Part shown: in pieces, positions 7,473 to 17,023 of the stretch
How positions within the stretch are numbered: position 1 is the stretch's first letter
Layout of the letters: each line of letters starts with the position of its first letter
DNA from: Myxococcales bacterium
GTDB lineage: Bacteria; Myxococcota; Myxococcia; Myxococcales; UBA5297
Direction: 5' to 3'
Length of the DNA: 63,260 nucleotides
NCBI GenBank assembly: GCA_031262165.1
Contig: JAISIF010000213.1
Coordinates: 1-63,260 of the forward strand
Program-made: the position numbers and the translations under genes
The notes under the pieces: generated by a model
What the model was told of the DNA's origin: nothing
Databases searched by the model: none
What the model saw: the letters and a program-made list of their open reading frames with translations, nothing else

Positions 7473-8552
7473 GTGACGACGATGACGAGCGTCCGGGTTC
7501 GAGTTCCCGGGAAGATCCTTTTGACGGGTGAATACGCGGTGCTCGATGGCGCGCCAGCCATCGTGGCCGCGGTCGATCGCTTCGTCGAAGCTGAGGCCGC
7601 GCCTGCCTACGAATTTCAGCTGCGAGGCATGGGCCTGTGCTGGCGGGCGTCTGGGCCTGAGGTCGAGGGGCTGAGCTTTGCTCGCCAGGCGCTCCGAGTG
7701 GTCCAGCGCTACCTCGATGGCCGCCGCCGCGCACTGCCACCGCTCGCGTTCGAGCTCAGGGACGAGCTGCGCGCGCCCGACGGACAGAAGCTCGGCCTGG
7801 GCGGCAGCGCCTGCGTCTGCGTGGCCATCGTCTCCACGGCGCTCGCGGTCGCGGAAACGCTCGACGCGGGTCTTCGAACATCGAGCAGGGCAGCGCGCCG
7901 CGATCGGATCTTCAAGCTAGCCGCGCTGGCGCATGGCCGCGCGCAGAAGAAGCTCGGTAGCGGCGTGGACGTGGCAGCCTCGACCTTTGGCGGGCTCGTG
8001 AGCACGCGGCGCTTCGACATGGCGCCCTTTGTCCGCGCCTTCGAGGCGCCATCAGCAGAGGCCTTTGCCGAGGCCATCGATCGATCGCCCGCGCACGCCG
8101 TGGAGCAGTTGCCAGCGCCTGGCCCGCTCCTGCTCCTGTTCTCAGGCAAGAGCGCTTCGACACCCACGCACATCGCCGCTGTGCGGCAGGCAGCCGAGCT
8201 GCACCCAGCTGCCTGGCAGCGCTTTCTGCGCGCGAGCGCCGACGCCACGCAGTGCCTCGCCCAGGCATCGAGGGAGCGCGACATGGCCGCGTGCCTCACG
8301 GCAATCGAGCGCGCGGCAAATGCGCTGTCAGACTTCGAGCCGCTGACCGGCATCGAGATCACGACGCCCGAGCACCGGTCGCTGATGTCGCTCGCCCAGG
8401 CACGGGGCGTCCGCGCCAAGCCGAGCGGCGCGGGTGGCGGTGATTGCGCGTTTGCCATCGGCACGCAGCGTCAGCTCGAGGCGCTGGAGCGCGAGCTGAC
8501 CAACTCAGGGGGCCTCTGCTTTCAGGTGGGCATCTGCCGCGAGAGTGATTGA
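7473..8552 (+). CDS. mvaK2: Phosphomevalonate kinase (GHMP kinase family, mevalonate pathway)
   Basis: VPGKILLTGEYAVLDGAPAIVAAVDRF, the GHMP motif LGLGGSACVCVAIVS, and KPSGAGGGDCAFAI near the C-terminus. The start could be GTG 7473 (GGAGG 5 nt upstream), ATG 7482 or ATG 7461. The maximal ORF begins at 7416. Confidence 0.8.
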   Translation: MTTMTSVRVRVPGKILLTGEYAVLDGAPAIVAAVDRFVEAEAAPAYEFQLRGMGLCWRASGPEVEGLSFARQALRVVQRYLDGRRRALPPLAFELRDELRAPDGQKLGLGGSACVCVAIVSTALAVAETLDAGLRTSSRAARRDRIFKLAALAHGRAQKKLGSGVDVAASTFGGLVSTRRFDMAPFVRAFEAPSAEAFAEAIDRSPAHAVEQLPAPGPLLLLFSGKSASTPTHIAAVRQAAELHPAAWQRFLRASADATQCLAQASRERDMAACLTAIERAANALSDFEPLTGIEITTPEHRSLMSLAQARGVRAKPSGAGGGDCAFAIGTQRQLEALERELTNSGGLCFQVGICRESD

Positions 8553-8644
8553 CCGACCCTCTTTCCGTCGCTTTGCCTCGGCCCTCGCCCGCTTGCGGGA
8601 GCGGGTGGCCAGAAGGGCTGGGAGGGGGAGTGAGAGGGCGACAA

Positions 8645-8684
8645 CAAAAAAACACCGCCCTCCTCGATAGGAAGGCGGCGTTTT
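8645..8684. terminator. Bidirectional rho-independent terminator between convergent mvaK2 and rpsT
   Basis: Stem CACCGCCCTCC / GGAAGGCGGCG with loop TCGATA. An A-run lies on one side and TTTT on the other. On the minus strand it reads stem plus TTTTTTT just after the rpsT stop. Confidence 0.75.
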
Positions 8685-8709
8685 CAGACTTCAGTCAGAG
8701 TCGATGGAA

Positions 8710-8988
8710 TCAGGTGGCGGCTGGCTTCATCGCGGCGGCAGCGGCCGTGGCCAAGCGCGAGATGCGGCGGCTGGCGTTGCGCGGATGCAGGATGCCCTTG
8801 CTGACGGCCTTGCGCAGCATCTTCTCGGCGGCGCGCAGGGTCTCGACGATCTTGGCAGGATCCTTCGTGATGATGGCGGCACGCGCCTTCTTCACTGCGC
8901 CTTTGCTGACCGAGTTCCAGAAGACGTTGCGCTCACGGCGCTTGAGGCTCTGACGGTGGCGTTTGATTGCGGACTTGGTGTTGGCCAT
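8710..8988 (-). CDS. rpsT: 30S ribosomal protein S20
   Basis: 92 aa: MANTKSAIKRHRQSLKRRERNVFWNS...RKAVSKGILHPRNASRRISRL. A GGAG RBS lies upstream of ATG 8988. The ORF-track start at 9222 is an over-extension. Confidence 0.95.
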   Translation of the reverse strand: MANTKSAIKRHRQSLKRRERNVFWNSVSKGAVKKARAAIITKDPAKIVETLRAAEKMLRKAVSKGILHPRNASRRISRLATAAAAAMKPAAT

Positions 8989-9218
8989 GACTGACTCCAG
9001 GAGCTTGTCCAAAGACAAAAAAAAAACGCTCAACGACTGAGCGAAAGGGCGGCGCCTCTTAGTCGAGGTCACCTCTGCTGTCAACCCAGCCCGAGCCAGC
9101 AAAAACGCCATCGAGCCCGGGCGATTTCGATGAGGACTTGGACGCGACACGACATGAGCGAACCAGTCGGCGAGGCCCTTCACCAGGGCCTGTTCTGCTT
9201 TGAAAAAACGCTGTGACT

Positions 9219-10082
9219 TCAAGAGCTTGGGTCACTCGCCACCGTTCGACCGCCCTCCTGGCCAGCGGCTCTGAGCGCACGCTTGGCCTCCTGCCAGAGG
9301 GCTTCGAGGGCGTCGAGGTCCTCATCGGACGGCCGCTTGCCCTGACACTGGAGCGCGCATTCGAGGTGGCGGAAGCGCGCCTCGAAGCGGCGGATCGCGC
9401 CCCGAAGCGCGTCCTCTGGGTGGACCGCCACGAAGCGCGACAGGTTCACGACGGAGAAGAGCACGTCGCCGAGCTCTGCCTCGATGGCTTCCTGCTCGCC
9501 GCTCGCGATGGCCTCATCCAATTCGGTCAGCTCCTCGTCGAGCTTGGCGCGGACCTGAGCGCGCTCCTGCCAGTCGAAGCCGACGCGGCTCGCCTTCTCT
9601 GTCAGGCGCTCGGCCCGCATGAGCGCTGGTGCGGCCTCGGGCACGCCGTCGAGCGCGGAGCACGGTTGGCCGCCCGACTTGGCCGCACGCTCCTCTGCCT
9701 TGAGCGCCGCCCATTGCCTGGCCAGCGCCTCGCCCTCGCACGGCGGCGCGTCGCCGAAGATCTGCGGATGCCGACGTTCGATCTTGTCGGAGATGGCCTG
9801 GGCCACGTCGGCAAACGCGAACGCGCCCTGCTCCTCGGCCATCTGCGCGTGAAAGACGATCTGGAAGAGCAGATCGCCGAGCTCCTCGCACAGCGCCGTT
9901 CGCGCCATGTCCGCCCCATCCGCGATGCGATCGAGCTCGCCCAGGACCTCGAAGGCCTCTTCGACGAGGTAGGGGCGCAGCGACGCGGGCGTCTGGCTCT
10001 TGTCCCAGGAACAGCCATCCGCACCGCGCAGGCGGGCCATGATTTGGAGGATGCGTTCGAGCTGCTGTGCGGCGCGCGACAT
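9219..10082 (-). CDS. mazG: Nucleoside triphosphate pyrophosphohydrolase MazG (tandem MazG domains)
   Basis: 287 aa. LRGADGCSWDKSQTPASLRPYLVEEAFEVLGELD and EELGDLLFQIVFHAQMA (first EEXX(E/D) domain). The second domain carries EELTELDEAI...ELGDVLFSVVNL. Confidence 0.9.
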   Translation of the reverse strand: MSRAAQQLERILQIMARLRGADGCSWDKSQTPASLRPYLVEEAFEVLGELDRIADGADMARTALCEELGDLLFQIVFHAQMAEEQGAFAFADVAQAISDKIERRHPQIFGDAPPCEGEALARQWAALKAEERAAKSGGQPCSALDGVPEAAPALMRAERLTEKASRVGFDWQERAQVRAKLDEELTELDEAIASGEQEAIEAELGDVLFSVVNLSRFVAVHPEDALRGAIRRFEARFRHLECALQCQGKRPSDEDLDALEALWQEAKRALRAAGQEGGRTVASDPSS

Positions 10083-10130
10083 TCGGGTGGGACCTCTCTT
10101 CAGGAAAATTGGGGAATCCCTCTCCCCCTC

Positions 10131-13100
10131 TCAGGACTGCATCTGAGCGGCAGAGGGCGGCAGGGACGCCGAAGGGCCGGAAGCCGCCTGGGGCAGGACC
10201 TTCTCAGATTCGTCCACCGAGCGGACCATGGCCCTGAGCTCTTCGAGATAGGCGGGCCACTTCTCGAGGTAGCAGGCGAGCGCGCCGCGGAAGCGCTTGC
10301 CCACGAGCTGGTCGAGGAACATCTGCGAGATCTCCTGCTCGCGTTCGAGGATGCGCTGCGCGTGAAGCAGGACGCGACGCTCGTCGGGCGAATAGGCCGT
10401 GAGCAGCTGGCGCAGGGCCAGGCGGGCGCGCGGCTGATACATCCAGAAGTAGAGCAGATCGAGCGCGCTCAAGATGAGCTGCCGCTGCTCGCGCTTCAGG
10501 CCTGGATCGTCCTGGGCCAGACGCGACGAGTTGGACGCGATGAGCTCGAGCGCGTCGCAGTCGTGGAAGCGCGCTTCGAGGTGCCCATACACGTCGAACA
10601 GCTGGGCGATCTTGGCCCTGTAGTCGAGGCGCCTCAGGCCGAGCCACTTGGCGCGGTCGGCGCTGCCCTCGATGATCGCGGCGACCATGTCCGAAGAGAT
10701 CTTCGAGATGATGGCCGCCCACAGCTGGAGCATCTGGTTGGCGGTGACCGCGTCCCAGCCACGCAGGAGGAGCAGTTCCAGGATGCAGGCGTTGACGAAC
10801 AGCGCGAGCGGGATGGCGAAGACCGAGCGGAACAGATTGCCGATGACGGCAGCGCGCGGAAACCCCCGGTAGGTGTTGTGCGCCGCGATGTAGAGGCCGT
10901 TCACGAGCGACATGCCCGAGTAGAGGAGCAGCGGCGAGGTCTGCGTGGTCACGCCAAAGCCCTTCTCTAGGAGGAGCATCTTCACGAGCCAGTCGAGGAG
11001 CGGCACCGACAGGCCCGTGTAGAACAGCGAGTCGCTCACGCGCTCCCAGTTGATGAGGTCGCTCCATTTGATGAACGGTGAGCGGAAGGTGAGCCCACCC
11101 GTCGAGACGACCGCCTGGACGACGTTGCGCACGCCCGTGATCCCGAACCAGATGAGCGCGCCGAACCAGGTCAGGAGCCACCAGTCCTTGGTGAGCAGAA
11201 AGGTCAGGAAGGCGGGGATGAACCCGAGCAGGATCTTCAGGAGGTTCTTCCAGCGCGTGTTCAGGAAGTGCCACGAGAGTGGCTCTGGCAGCGCGCTCCC
11301 CTCCCGCAGAAAACCGTTCGTGTGCGCGGGCATCACGGCGCTGAGCGAGATGACGTTGGCGCTCTGAGCGTCGTTGCGCGTCTCGCTCTCCAGGGTCTCG
11401 AACGTCTCCTGTCGGCAGTAGCCGATGGATCGGAGTCGGCCGTGTTCGCGGCACGATCGGAAGAAGCGGTCGAGCAGGGGCGACAGGCTCGTGCGCGGTA
11501 TCCAGCGCGTCACCGGGACGGCCTCGATGCGCACGGGGATCGTCGTCGCGAGCGAGGGGTGGCTTCCGAGCTGGCGCTGGACCTGGGACGGCAGCGTCGA
11601 CGTCACGGCGAGGCCCATCCCGAAGAAGGTGGTGCCACGGCCTATCGAGTCGCTGCCGATGCGCGTCTTCAGCTGAGTGGAGCGATAGAAGCCGAGGAAA
11701 CGCGGGATGTCCGCGAGGATGGCCTGGAGCTTGGCGCGCCGCTCGGGGGGCATGTGGTCGAGCTCGCTTGCGGCCAGGATGTCGCGGACGGCCTTCTTGA
11801 GCGCCGTCGCGTTGCCGCTGCCGAGCGCGCGGCGCAGCATCATGAGTCCGAGGCCAAAGGCGTTGTGGCCCTGCTGCCGATCCTTGAGGTTGTAGATCTC
11901 GACGTGCGTCACCGAGCCCTGCAGGTCGTGTAGCAGCTCGAGCACATCGACCTCGGCGAGCGAGGTCGGGTTGAGCGTCAAGCGATAGCCCGCGTGCAGC
12001 GCCTGGAGCTGGGCCACGAGCTCCGTGGGCGTCTGGCACAAGAGGAGCGGCAGCGAAGGATCGTCCGTCGGCGTGCGCGGATCGGGGACGCCGGGGTTCT
12101 GCTCGAAGCGCAGGTAGTCCTCGATGAGCTGGCCTGGACTGACGGCGTCGATGAGCGCGAGTTCGGCCTCGATGGCCGCTCTGGAGCGCGGGGCGCACTC
12201 GTCTTCGGTCGATGGCGCGGAGGCGAGCGCGCTCATGGCCGAGATCGACATGCCGCCAGGCTGCGTCGCTGGATCGAGTTTGACCGGACGCGGCTTCGAG
12301 GCGCCGCTCGCGTCGAACTCGTCGATCTCGGCCTTCAGCGCTTCGGCGTGCGCCGTGAGCAGCGGGAGCAGCTTGGTGTGGAGGTAATCGGCCAGGTGCA
12401 TGATGGACGGCTGGCCAACGCCCACGGAGGCGAGGAAGCCCTCGGGTGAGAGCGGCGGCAGCGCGACGTGGAAGCGCGCGTTCAGCGCCTCCAGGTGGCA
12501 GGCGTTGAAGCTGTGGAGCATCGCCAGCGCGAGCTCTTTGCGGTGGTCTGCCAGAGCGCGTCCCAGATCGAAGAAGCGCTGGACCTCGGGCTTCTCGAGG
12601 AATTCGAGGAAATCCTCTCGACCATCGAAGCCGCGAGGCGCCCAGATGAACTGCGCGTATTTGTCGTGAAAGCGTGCGGGCAACTCGATGCCGATGCGCA
12701 GCTTCACCCCCATGATCTCGGCAGCCTCGGTGAGCTCGGCGGCGGCCGAGGGCTCGATGAAGCCGTAATAGATGACGGTGAGCTCTCGGATGCCCTTGAG
12801 CCAGGCGTCCGAGATGAGCAGCGAGGGCGACTTGCGGCCCTTCGAGTTCGCGTCGTGGACGTGGTGGTCGAAGGCGATCTGGGTCCAGGACTCGGGCATC
12901 TCCAAGAGGTGGTAGCGCGCCAGCTCGCGCCGGATCACCGCGGGCCGCCCGGAGAGCGCGGCAAAGAAGTCATGGGCCAAGCGCAGCTGCCGCTCCGTGT
13001 TCCCCTGCTCCTTGATGAGCGCCTTCATGATGGAGAGCAGCACCCGCGCGGTGTTGTGGCGCAAGTTCGAGTCACAGCCCATGAAGACTTCGTCGCGCAG

Positions 13101-13349
13101 CGAGCGCAGGGCCGCGAGGCGCTCCTCGGCCTGGCCGCCCTCCAGGGTGGCGAGCAGCTGCACCACGGCGTGCGCGATGCGCTTGTGGATCGGCGCAGCC
13201 AGCACCTTGATGCCGCGCGGGTGCAGGTAGGGATCGAAGAGCGGATCGAGCCTGTGCGGGCGGGCACGGGCCGCGAGGCGTTCGTTCACCAGCTCGACCA
13301 GCTCGTGGTCGGCGGGATCGAAAAAGAGGGCGTCGGTCAGTCGGCTCAA
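10131..13349 (-). CDS. Large (1072 aa) membrane protein of unknown function: soluble N-terminal ~690 aa plus a C-terminal multi-helix membrane domain
   Basis: Long ORF with GC3-biased coding. Hydrophobic helices include ILLGFIPAFLTFLLT, WWLLTWFGALIWFGITG, LLLYSGMSLVNGLYIAA, VIGNLFRSVFAIPLALFVNACILELLLL and LQLWAAIISKISSDMVAAII. I recognise no catalytic motif. mazG follows 48 nt downstream. Confidence 0.8.
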   Translation of the reverse strand: MSRLTDALFFDPADHELVELVNERLAARARPHRLDPLFDPYLHPRGIKVLAAPIHKRIAHAVVQLLATLEGGQAEERLAALRSLRDEVFMGCDSNLRHNTARVLLSIMKALIKEQGNTERQLRLAHDFFAALSGRPAVIRRELARYHLLEMPESWTQIAFDHHVHDANSKGRKSPSLLISDAWLKGIRELTVIYYGFIEPSAAAELTEAAEIMGVKLRIGIELPARFHDKYAQFIWAPRGFDGREDFLEFLEKPEVQRFFDLGRALADHRKELALAMLHSFNACHLEALNARFHVALPPLSPEGFLASVGVGQPSIMHLADYLHTKLLPLLTAHAEALKAEIDEFDASGASKPRPVKLDPATQPGGMSISAMSALASAPSTEDECAPRSRAAIEAELALIDAVSPGQLIEDYLRFEQNPGVPDPRTPTDDPSLPLLLCQTPTELVAQLQALHAGYRLTLNPTSLAEVDVLELLHDLQGSVTHVEIYNLKDRQQGHNAFGLGLMMLRRALGSGNATALKKAVRDILAASELDHMPPERRAKLQAILADIPRFLGFYRSTQLKTRIGSDSIGRGTTFFGMGLAVTSTLPSQVQRQLGSHPSLATTIPVRIEAVPVTRWIPRTSLSPLLDRFFRSCREHGRLRSIGYCRQETFETLESETRNDAQSANVISLSAVMPAHTNGFLREGSALPEPLSWHFLNTRWKNLLKILLGFIPAFLTFLLTKDWWLLTWFGALIWFGITGVRNVVQAVVSTGGLTFRSPFIKWSDLINWERVSDSLFYTGLSVPLLDWLVKMLLLEKGFGVTTQTSPLLLYSGMSLVNGLYIAAHNTYRGFPRAAVIGNLFRSVFAIPLALFVNACILELLLLRGWDAVTANQMLQLWAAIISKISSDMVAAIIEGSADRAKWLGLRRLDYRAKIAQLFDVYGHLEARFHDCDALELIASNSSRLAQDDPGLKREQRQLILSALDLLYFWMYQPRARLALRQLLTAYSPDERRVLLHAQRILEREQEISQMFLDQLVGKRFRGALACYLEKWPAYLEELRAMVRSVDESEKVLPQAASGPSASLPPSAAQMQS

Positions 13350-13519
13350 GGCACTACATCCATCGAAAGGACAGTCTGGTTGGAGGAAGGGATCGGGTCA
13401 GAAGAGAGAAGAAGGCATCAGGGGCAGGAGTTCTTTGGGGCGGGCACTGGGCAGTCGAACACGGAATTCTTCGAGCAGAAGAACGCCACGAGGCGTCTCT
13501 GTCATCGCCCTCTGCCCAA

Positions 13520-13595
13520 CCCTCTTCCGCTTGCGGGAGAGGGAGATCTCCAAACGGCGGCCGAGAAGATTATTTCCCGCTCCCACGCGTGGGAG
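13520..13595 (-). terminator. Two GC hairpins downstream of recQ (CCCTCTTCCGCTTGCGGGAGAGGG and the perfect palindrome CTCCCACGCGTGGGAG)
   Basis: 13520-13543 belongs to the CCCTCTCC..GGGAGAGGG hairpin family, also seen at 8582-8605 and 16977-17000. 13580-13595 is a 16-bp perfect palindrome. Both lie 50-130 nt past the recQ stop (13648). Confidence 0.55.
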
Positions 13596-13647
13596 TGGGG
13601 TGCCCGAAGGGGAGGGAAGAGGGCAATTTCCAGAGGGCTTGGTGTGC

Positions 13648-16533
13648 TCACGTCTCGGATGGATCTCTTGGCTTTCGGGCCGCGGCGGCCCTGCGGATCA
13701 CCGGCTTGATCGCGGAGACGGGCGCGGGCGGTTCGAGCGACACGAACGCCTGCGCGTCGTCTTTCTTGGCGGCTGTTCGGCGCGTGGCCCTGGGCTTTCG
13801 AGGCGCAGGCGCCTGTTCAGGGGAGGGCGCAGTGGGCGGCGCGGTAAGTGGCGGCGCTTCGGCAGCGGCGAGGATGGCCTTGAGGTTCTCTGCGGCACGG
13901 GCAAAGGGCTCGGGCAGGCTGACGGCCTCTGTCTTTTTCGAGCGCCTCACCGTCACTCGTTTTGCCCGAGGTGATTCGGCAGGCGCGCGCTCGACGGCGG
14001 GCGCCTCTGCCACGGCCACTGGCGCTGGGCGCGGCGGGGAGGCCGAGGCCTCGGGCTTGGGCGCTGGGGCAGGCGGGGGCGCTGCTTCGACGGCAGCGGC
14101 AGGCCTGGTCGCCGCGCTCTCTGACTGGGCGATCTCGAACGTGCGGCCGCCTCTGTGGCGTCGCCGCCGATGGCGCGTGTGCAGATCACCGCCGCTCTCC
14201 AAGGGTGTGGCGTAGCGCGGCACTGGAGGCACGGCTGGCTCCGAGGCCAAGGGAGGCGTCGATGGCGCGATCGCGCGTCTGTCCTCGGCAGGCAACGTCG
14301 GCGTGGGTGCGCTCTCTGCCCTGACCGATGCACCCGGTGCCGTCATGGCCAGTTGTTGTTGCTGCTGCTGCGACGACTGCGGCGGTTGTCCGGCCAGGTG
14401 CTTTTTTTTGCGCCGGCGGCGGCGCTTCTTGCGCGCGGACTCGCCTTCGAGCGCCGGTGCCCCGGGCGCGGCCTGCTGCGCGGCGCTCTGGTGCGGGTGC
14501 GGGTGAGGCTGCGGCTGATGAGGCTTGGCCTCGGCGTGGCGCGCCTTGTCCTTCTTCTTTTTCTTGTCGAGCTTGTTCTCGACGGGCCGCTCCTTGTGCC
14601 GCTTCTTCTTGAGCGTGACGGGCGTCTCCATGACGGCGCGCGTCTCGCGGTCGAGCTTCTCGCGCTCCTCGGGCGACATGTCGTTGTCGCAGTGGCCGCA
14701 GATCGGCACGTCCTCGGCGCCGAAATACCGCTGGATGAAGACGCTGCGGCACTCGCTCGTGGTCGCGTAGTGCGTCAGATCGCCCAGGCGGCGACGGTCG
14801 TGGACGCGCTGGACGTCGTAGATGGCCGCCGCGCGCTCCACCTCCTCCATGTTCGGCGGCGCGGGGAGCGTGACGGCTTTGCCCATCTCGACCTCGGAGG
14901 CGAAGCTCATGTCCTGGAGTAGGCGGAGCACGACGCTGGCGCGGGTCTGGGGCACGTGGGCCGACAGCGCCAGGTCGCGCAGGGTGACGGGCTCGCCGCG
15001 CTCCGACCAGGCCGTGAGCGCCTCTGCCACGTGCCGGACCTGACTGCGCGTCGGATACTGCTGCTCGAGGAAGTACTCCTGAATCTCCAGGTCCTTCTCG
15101 TCGTAGAGCAGGATGCAGCGCGAGGGCTTGCCATCGCGGCCAGCGCGGCCCGCCTCCTGGACGTAGGCCTCCAGCGAACCAGGCACCTGGTAATGCAGGA
15201 CGTAGCGGATGTTCGGCTTGTCCACGCCGAGGCCGAAGGCGTTCGTCGCGACCATGACGAGCGGCGTGCGACCCGACATGAACGCGCTGTGCGCCGCGTC
15301 GCGCTCCGACTTGAGCAGCTTGCCGTGGTAATACTCGGCCTGGATGCGCGCCTTGCGCAGCATGGCCCACACCATCTCCACGTCGCGCGTGGTCGCGCAG
15401 TAGATGATGCCGGGCTTGGGCAGCACGCGGACGTGGTGGAGGATGGAGCGCAGCTTCGTCATCTCGCTGTCGTGCAGCTCCACGCTGAAGGACAGGTTGG
15501 GGCGGTCTGGTGGCGCCACGATGCGGACCGGATCCTCCATCCCGAGCTGCTGGATGATGTCCTCCTGCACCTTGGGCGTGGCCGTGGCCGTGAGCGCCAG
15601 GATCGGCGGCTCGCCCAGATCCTCGGCGACCTTCTTGAGCGCGAGGTAGCTCGGCCGGAAGTCGTGCCCCCACTGCGAGACGCAATGCGCCTCGTCGATG
15701 ACGAGCAGCGACACGTCACATTCGGCGATCCGGGAGCGGAACTCGTCGGCCACGATGCTCTCGGGCGTGATGAGCAGGATCTTGTGCTCCCCGGCTTCGA
15801 GTGCGGCGAGCGTCTTCTCGCGCTGCTTGGGCGTGAGCGACGAGTCGTAGCGCACACCGTCGAGGCCATATTTGAGGAGCTTCTCGTGCTGGTCGCGCAA
15901 GAGCGCGATGAGCGGCGAGATGACGATGGTGAGCCCCGGCACGATGCGGGCGGCCATCTGGTAGGTCAGCGACTTGCCCGAACCGGTGGGCATGATCGCG
16001 AGGGTGTCCTTGCCATCGAGCACAGCGGCGATGGCGTCGCGCTGCTTGGGCCGAAAGTTCTGGATGTGGAAGAAGCGACGCAGCTCCACGAGCACCTCGT
16101 CGCGCGGCCCCACGTGGCGGCGGCGGCGGCGGCGGCGTTTCTTGCCGGAGGGAGCGCCTTGCACTGGTGCCTCGGCGGGGAGGCGCTCGGTCCAGTGGCC
16201 TGGAATGGGCGGCAGCGGCGGCAAGGGTGGCGGATACAGCAGATCATCTGCGCTGGGGATGTGCGGCTCGTCGATCGGCTTCAGCGCGGACAGGGCGGCA
16301 GGCGGCAGTGTCTCGGTGGAGCGCGGGTGGTCGTCGGCGTGCTCGGCCAGAGGATCGCGCAATGGCGTCGAAGGTTTCGGCGTCGAGAGCGACTTGGGGA
16401 CCGACAGCGGCGCAGCGGGCGTGGAGAGCGGCTTGGGCGTCGAGAGCGACGCGATCGGCGTCTTCTCCTCCAGGTGATCTTGGGCGGGGGAGGCGTCGTG
16501 GCGCTCGTTTTTTTGGTTGTCGTCGATGCTCAT
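13648..16533 (-). CDS. recQ: RecQ-family ATP-dependent DNA helicase with long low-complexity N- and C-terminal extensions
   Basis: 961 aa. FRPKQRDAIAAVLDGKDTLAIMPTGSGKSLTYQ (motif I), LLVIDEAHCVSQWGHDFRPSY (DEAH), ATNAFGLGVDKPNIRYVLHY, QEAGRAGRDG, and RQC zinc cysteines CRSVF..CGHCDNC-like. The C-terminal ~340 aa are PA-rich, with KKKKDK, RKKRRRRRKKK and QQQQQQ runs. Confidence 0.9.
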   Translation of the reverse strand: MSIDDNQKNERHDASPAQDHLEEKTPIASLSTPKPLSTPAAPLSVPKSLSTPKPSTPLRDPLAEHADDHPRSTETLPPAALSALKPIDEPHIPSADDLLYPPPLPPLPPIPGHWTERLPAEAPVQGAPSGKKRRRRRRRHVGPRDEVLVELRRFFHIQNFRPKQRDAIAAVLDGKDTLAIMPTGSGKSLTYQMAARIVPGLTIVISPLIALLRDQHEKLLKYGLDGVRYDSSLTPKQREKTLAALEAGEHKILLITPESIVADEFRSRIAECDVSLLVIDEAHCVSQWGHDFRPSYLALKKVAEDLGEPPILALTATATPKVQEDIIQQLGMEDPVRIVAPPDRPNLSFSVELHDSEMTKLRSILHHVRVLPKPGIIYCATTRDVEMVWAMLRKARIQAEYYHGKLLKSERDAAHSAFMSGRTPLVMVATNAFGLGVDKPNIRYVLHYQVPGSLEAYVQEAGRAGRDGKPSRCILLYDEKDLEIQEYFLEQQYPTRSQVRHVAEALTAWSERGEPVTLRDLALSAHVPQTRASVVLRLLQDMSFASEVEMGKAVTLPAPPNMEEVERAAAIYDVQRVHDRRRLGDLTHYATTSECRSVFIQRYFGAEDVPICGHCDNDMSPEEREKLDRETRAVMETPVTLKKKRHKERPVENKLDKKKKKDKARHAEAKPHQPQPHPHPHQSAAQQAAPGAPALEGESARKKRRRRRKKKHLAGQPPQSSQQQQQQLAMTAPGASVRAESAPTPTLPAEDRRAIAPSTPPLASEPAVPPVPRYATPLESGGDLHTRHRRRRHRGGRTFEIAQSESAATRPAAAVEAAPPPAPAPKPEASASPPRPAPVAVAEAPAVERAPAESPRAKRVTVRRSKKTEAVSLPEPFARAAENLKAILAAAEAPPLTAPPTAPSPEQAPAPRKPRATRRTAAKKDDAQAFVSLEPPAPVSAIKPVIRRAAAARKPRDPSET

Positions 16534-16976
16534 GGAAATCCTGCGAAGCCAGAAATGAGGAAGGCTGAAGTGAGTCGGTGTGGAAGCAAAGCGGCGCGCG
16601 CCGCGGCAGTGGCCCGCGGAACGCGATGGCCAGGCAGAGCGAGAGGGCGCATCGAACGAGAGGTCACCGCGAAAAAAGGCGCGGCCTCCGGGGAAAAGCG
16701 CCGCTCGAGAACTGGATCGGGCAAGGGCCTTTTCCCGCTCTCGTCAAATCGCCTTGGAGCGCCAGGGGTTCGGGGATTTCTGTGTGGTCGAACCAACCCG
16801 AGGTCACAAAAGCGGCGCGCAGTATGCGCAAAAGAATTCGCCTGAGAAGACGGTCACTGAAGAAAAACAGAGAAATTTCGAGAACTGAACGCGGGCACGC
16901 CCTCACCTCTGCGCTTCGCGTCCGCTCTCTGACACGAGTGGGCGAGGGAGTGATGTCGTGAATCATCTGGAGCTCT

Positions 16977-17000
16977 CCCTCTCCTGCTTGCGGGAGAGGG
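16977..17000 (-). terminator. Hairpin of the CCCTCTCC..GGGAGAGGG family just past the parE-like stop
   Basis: CCCTCTCCTGCTTGCGGGAGAGGG lies 24 nt downstream of the stop at 17024 on the minus strand. Confidence 0.5.
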
Positions 17001-17023
17001 TCGAGGTGCAAGGAGAAGGTATC

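Noticed and set aside
16878-16900. Possible LexA/SOS box (GAACTGAACGCGG) upstream of recQ
   Set aside because: Only the CTGAAC half matches the myxobacterial CTRHAMRYBYGTTCAGS-type box. The rest of the consensus fails at several positions.
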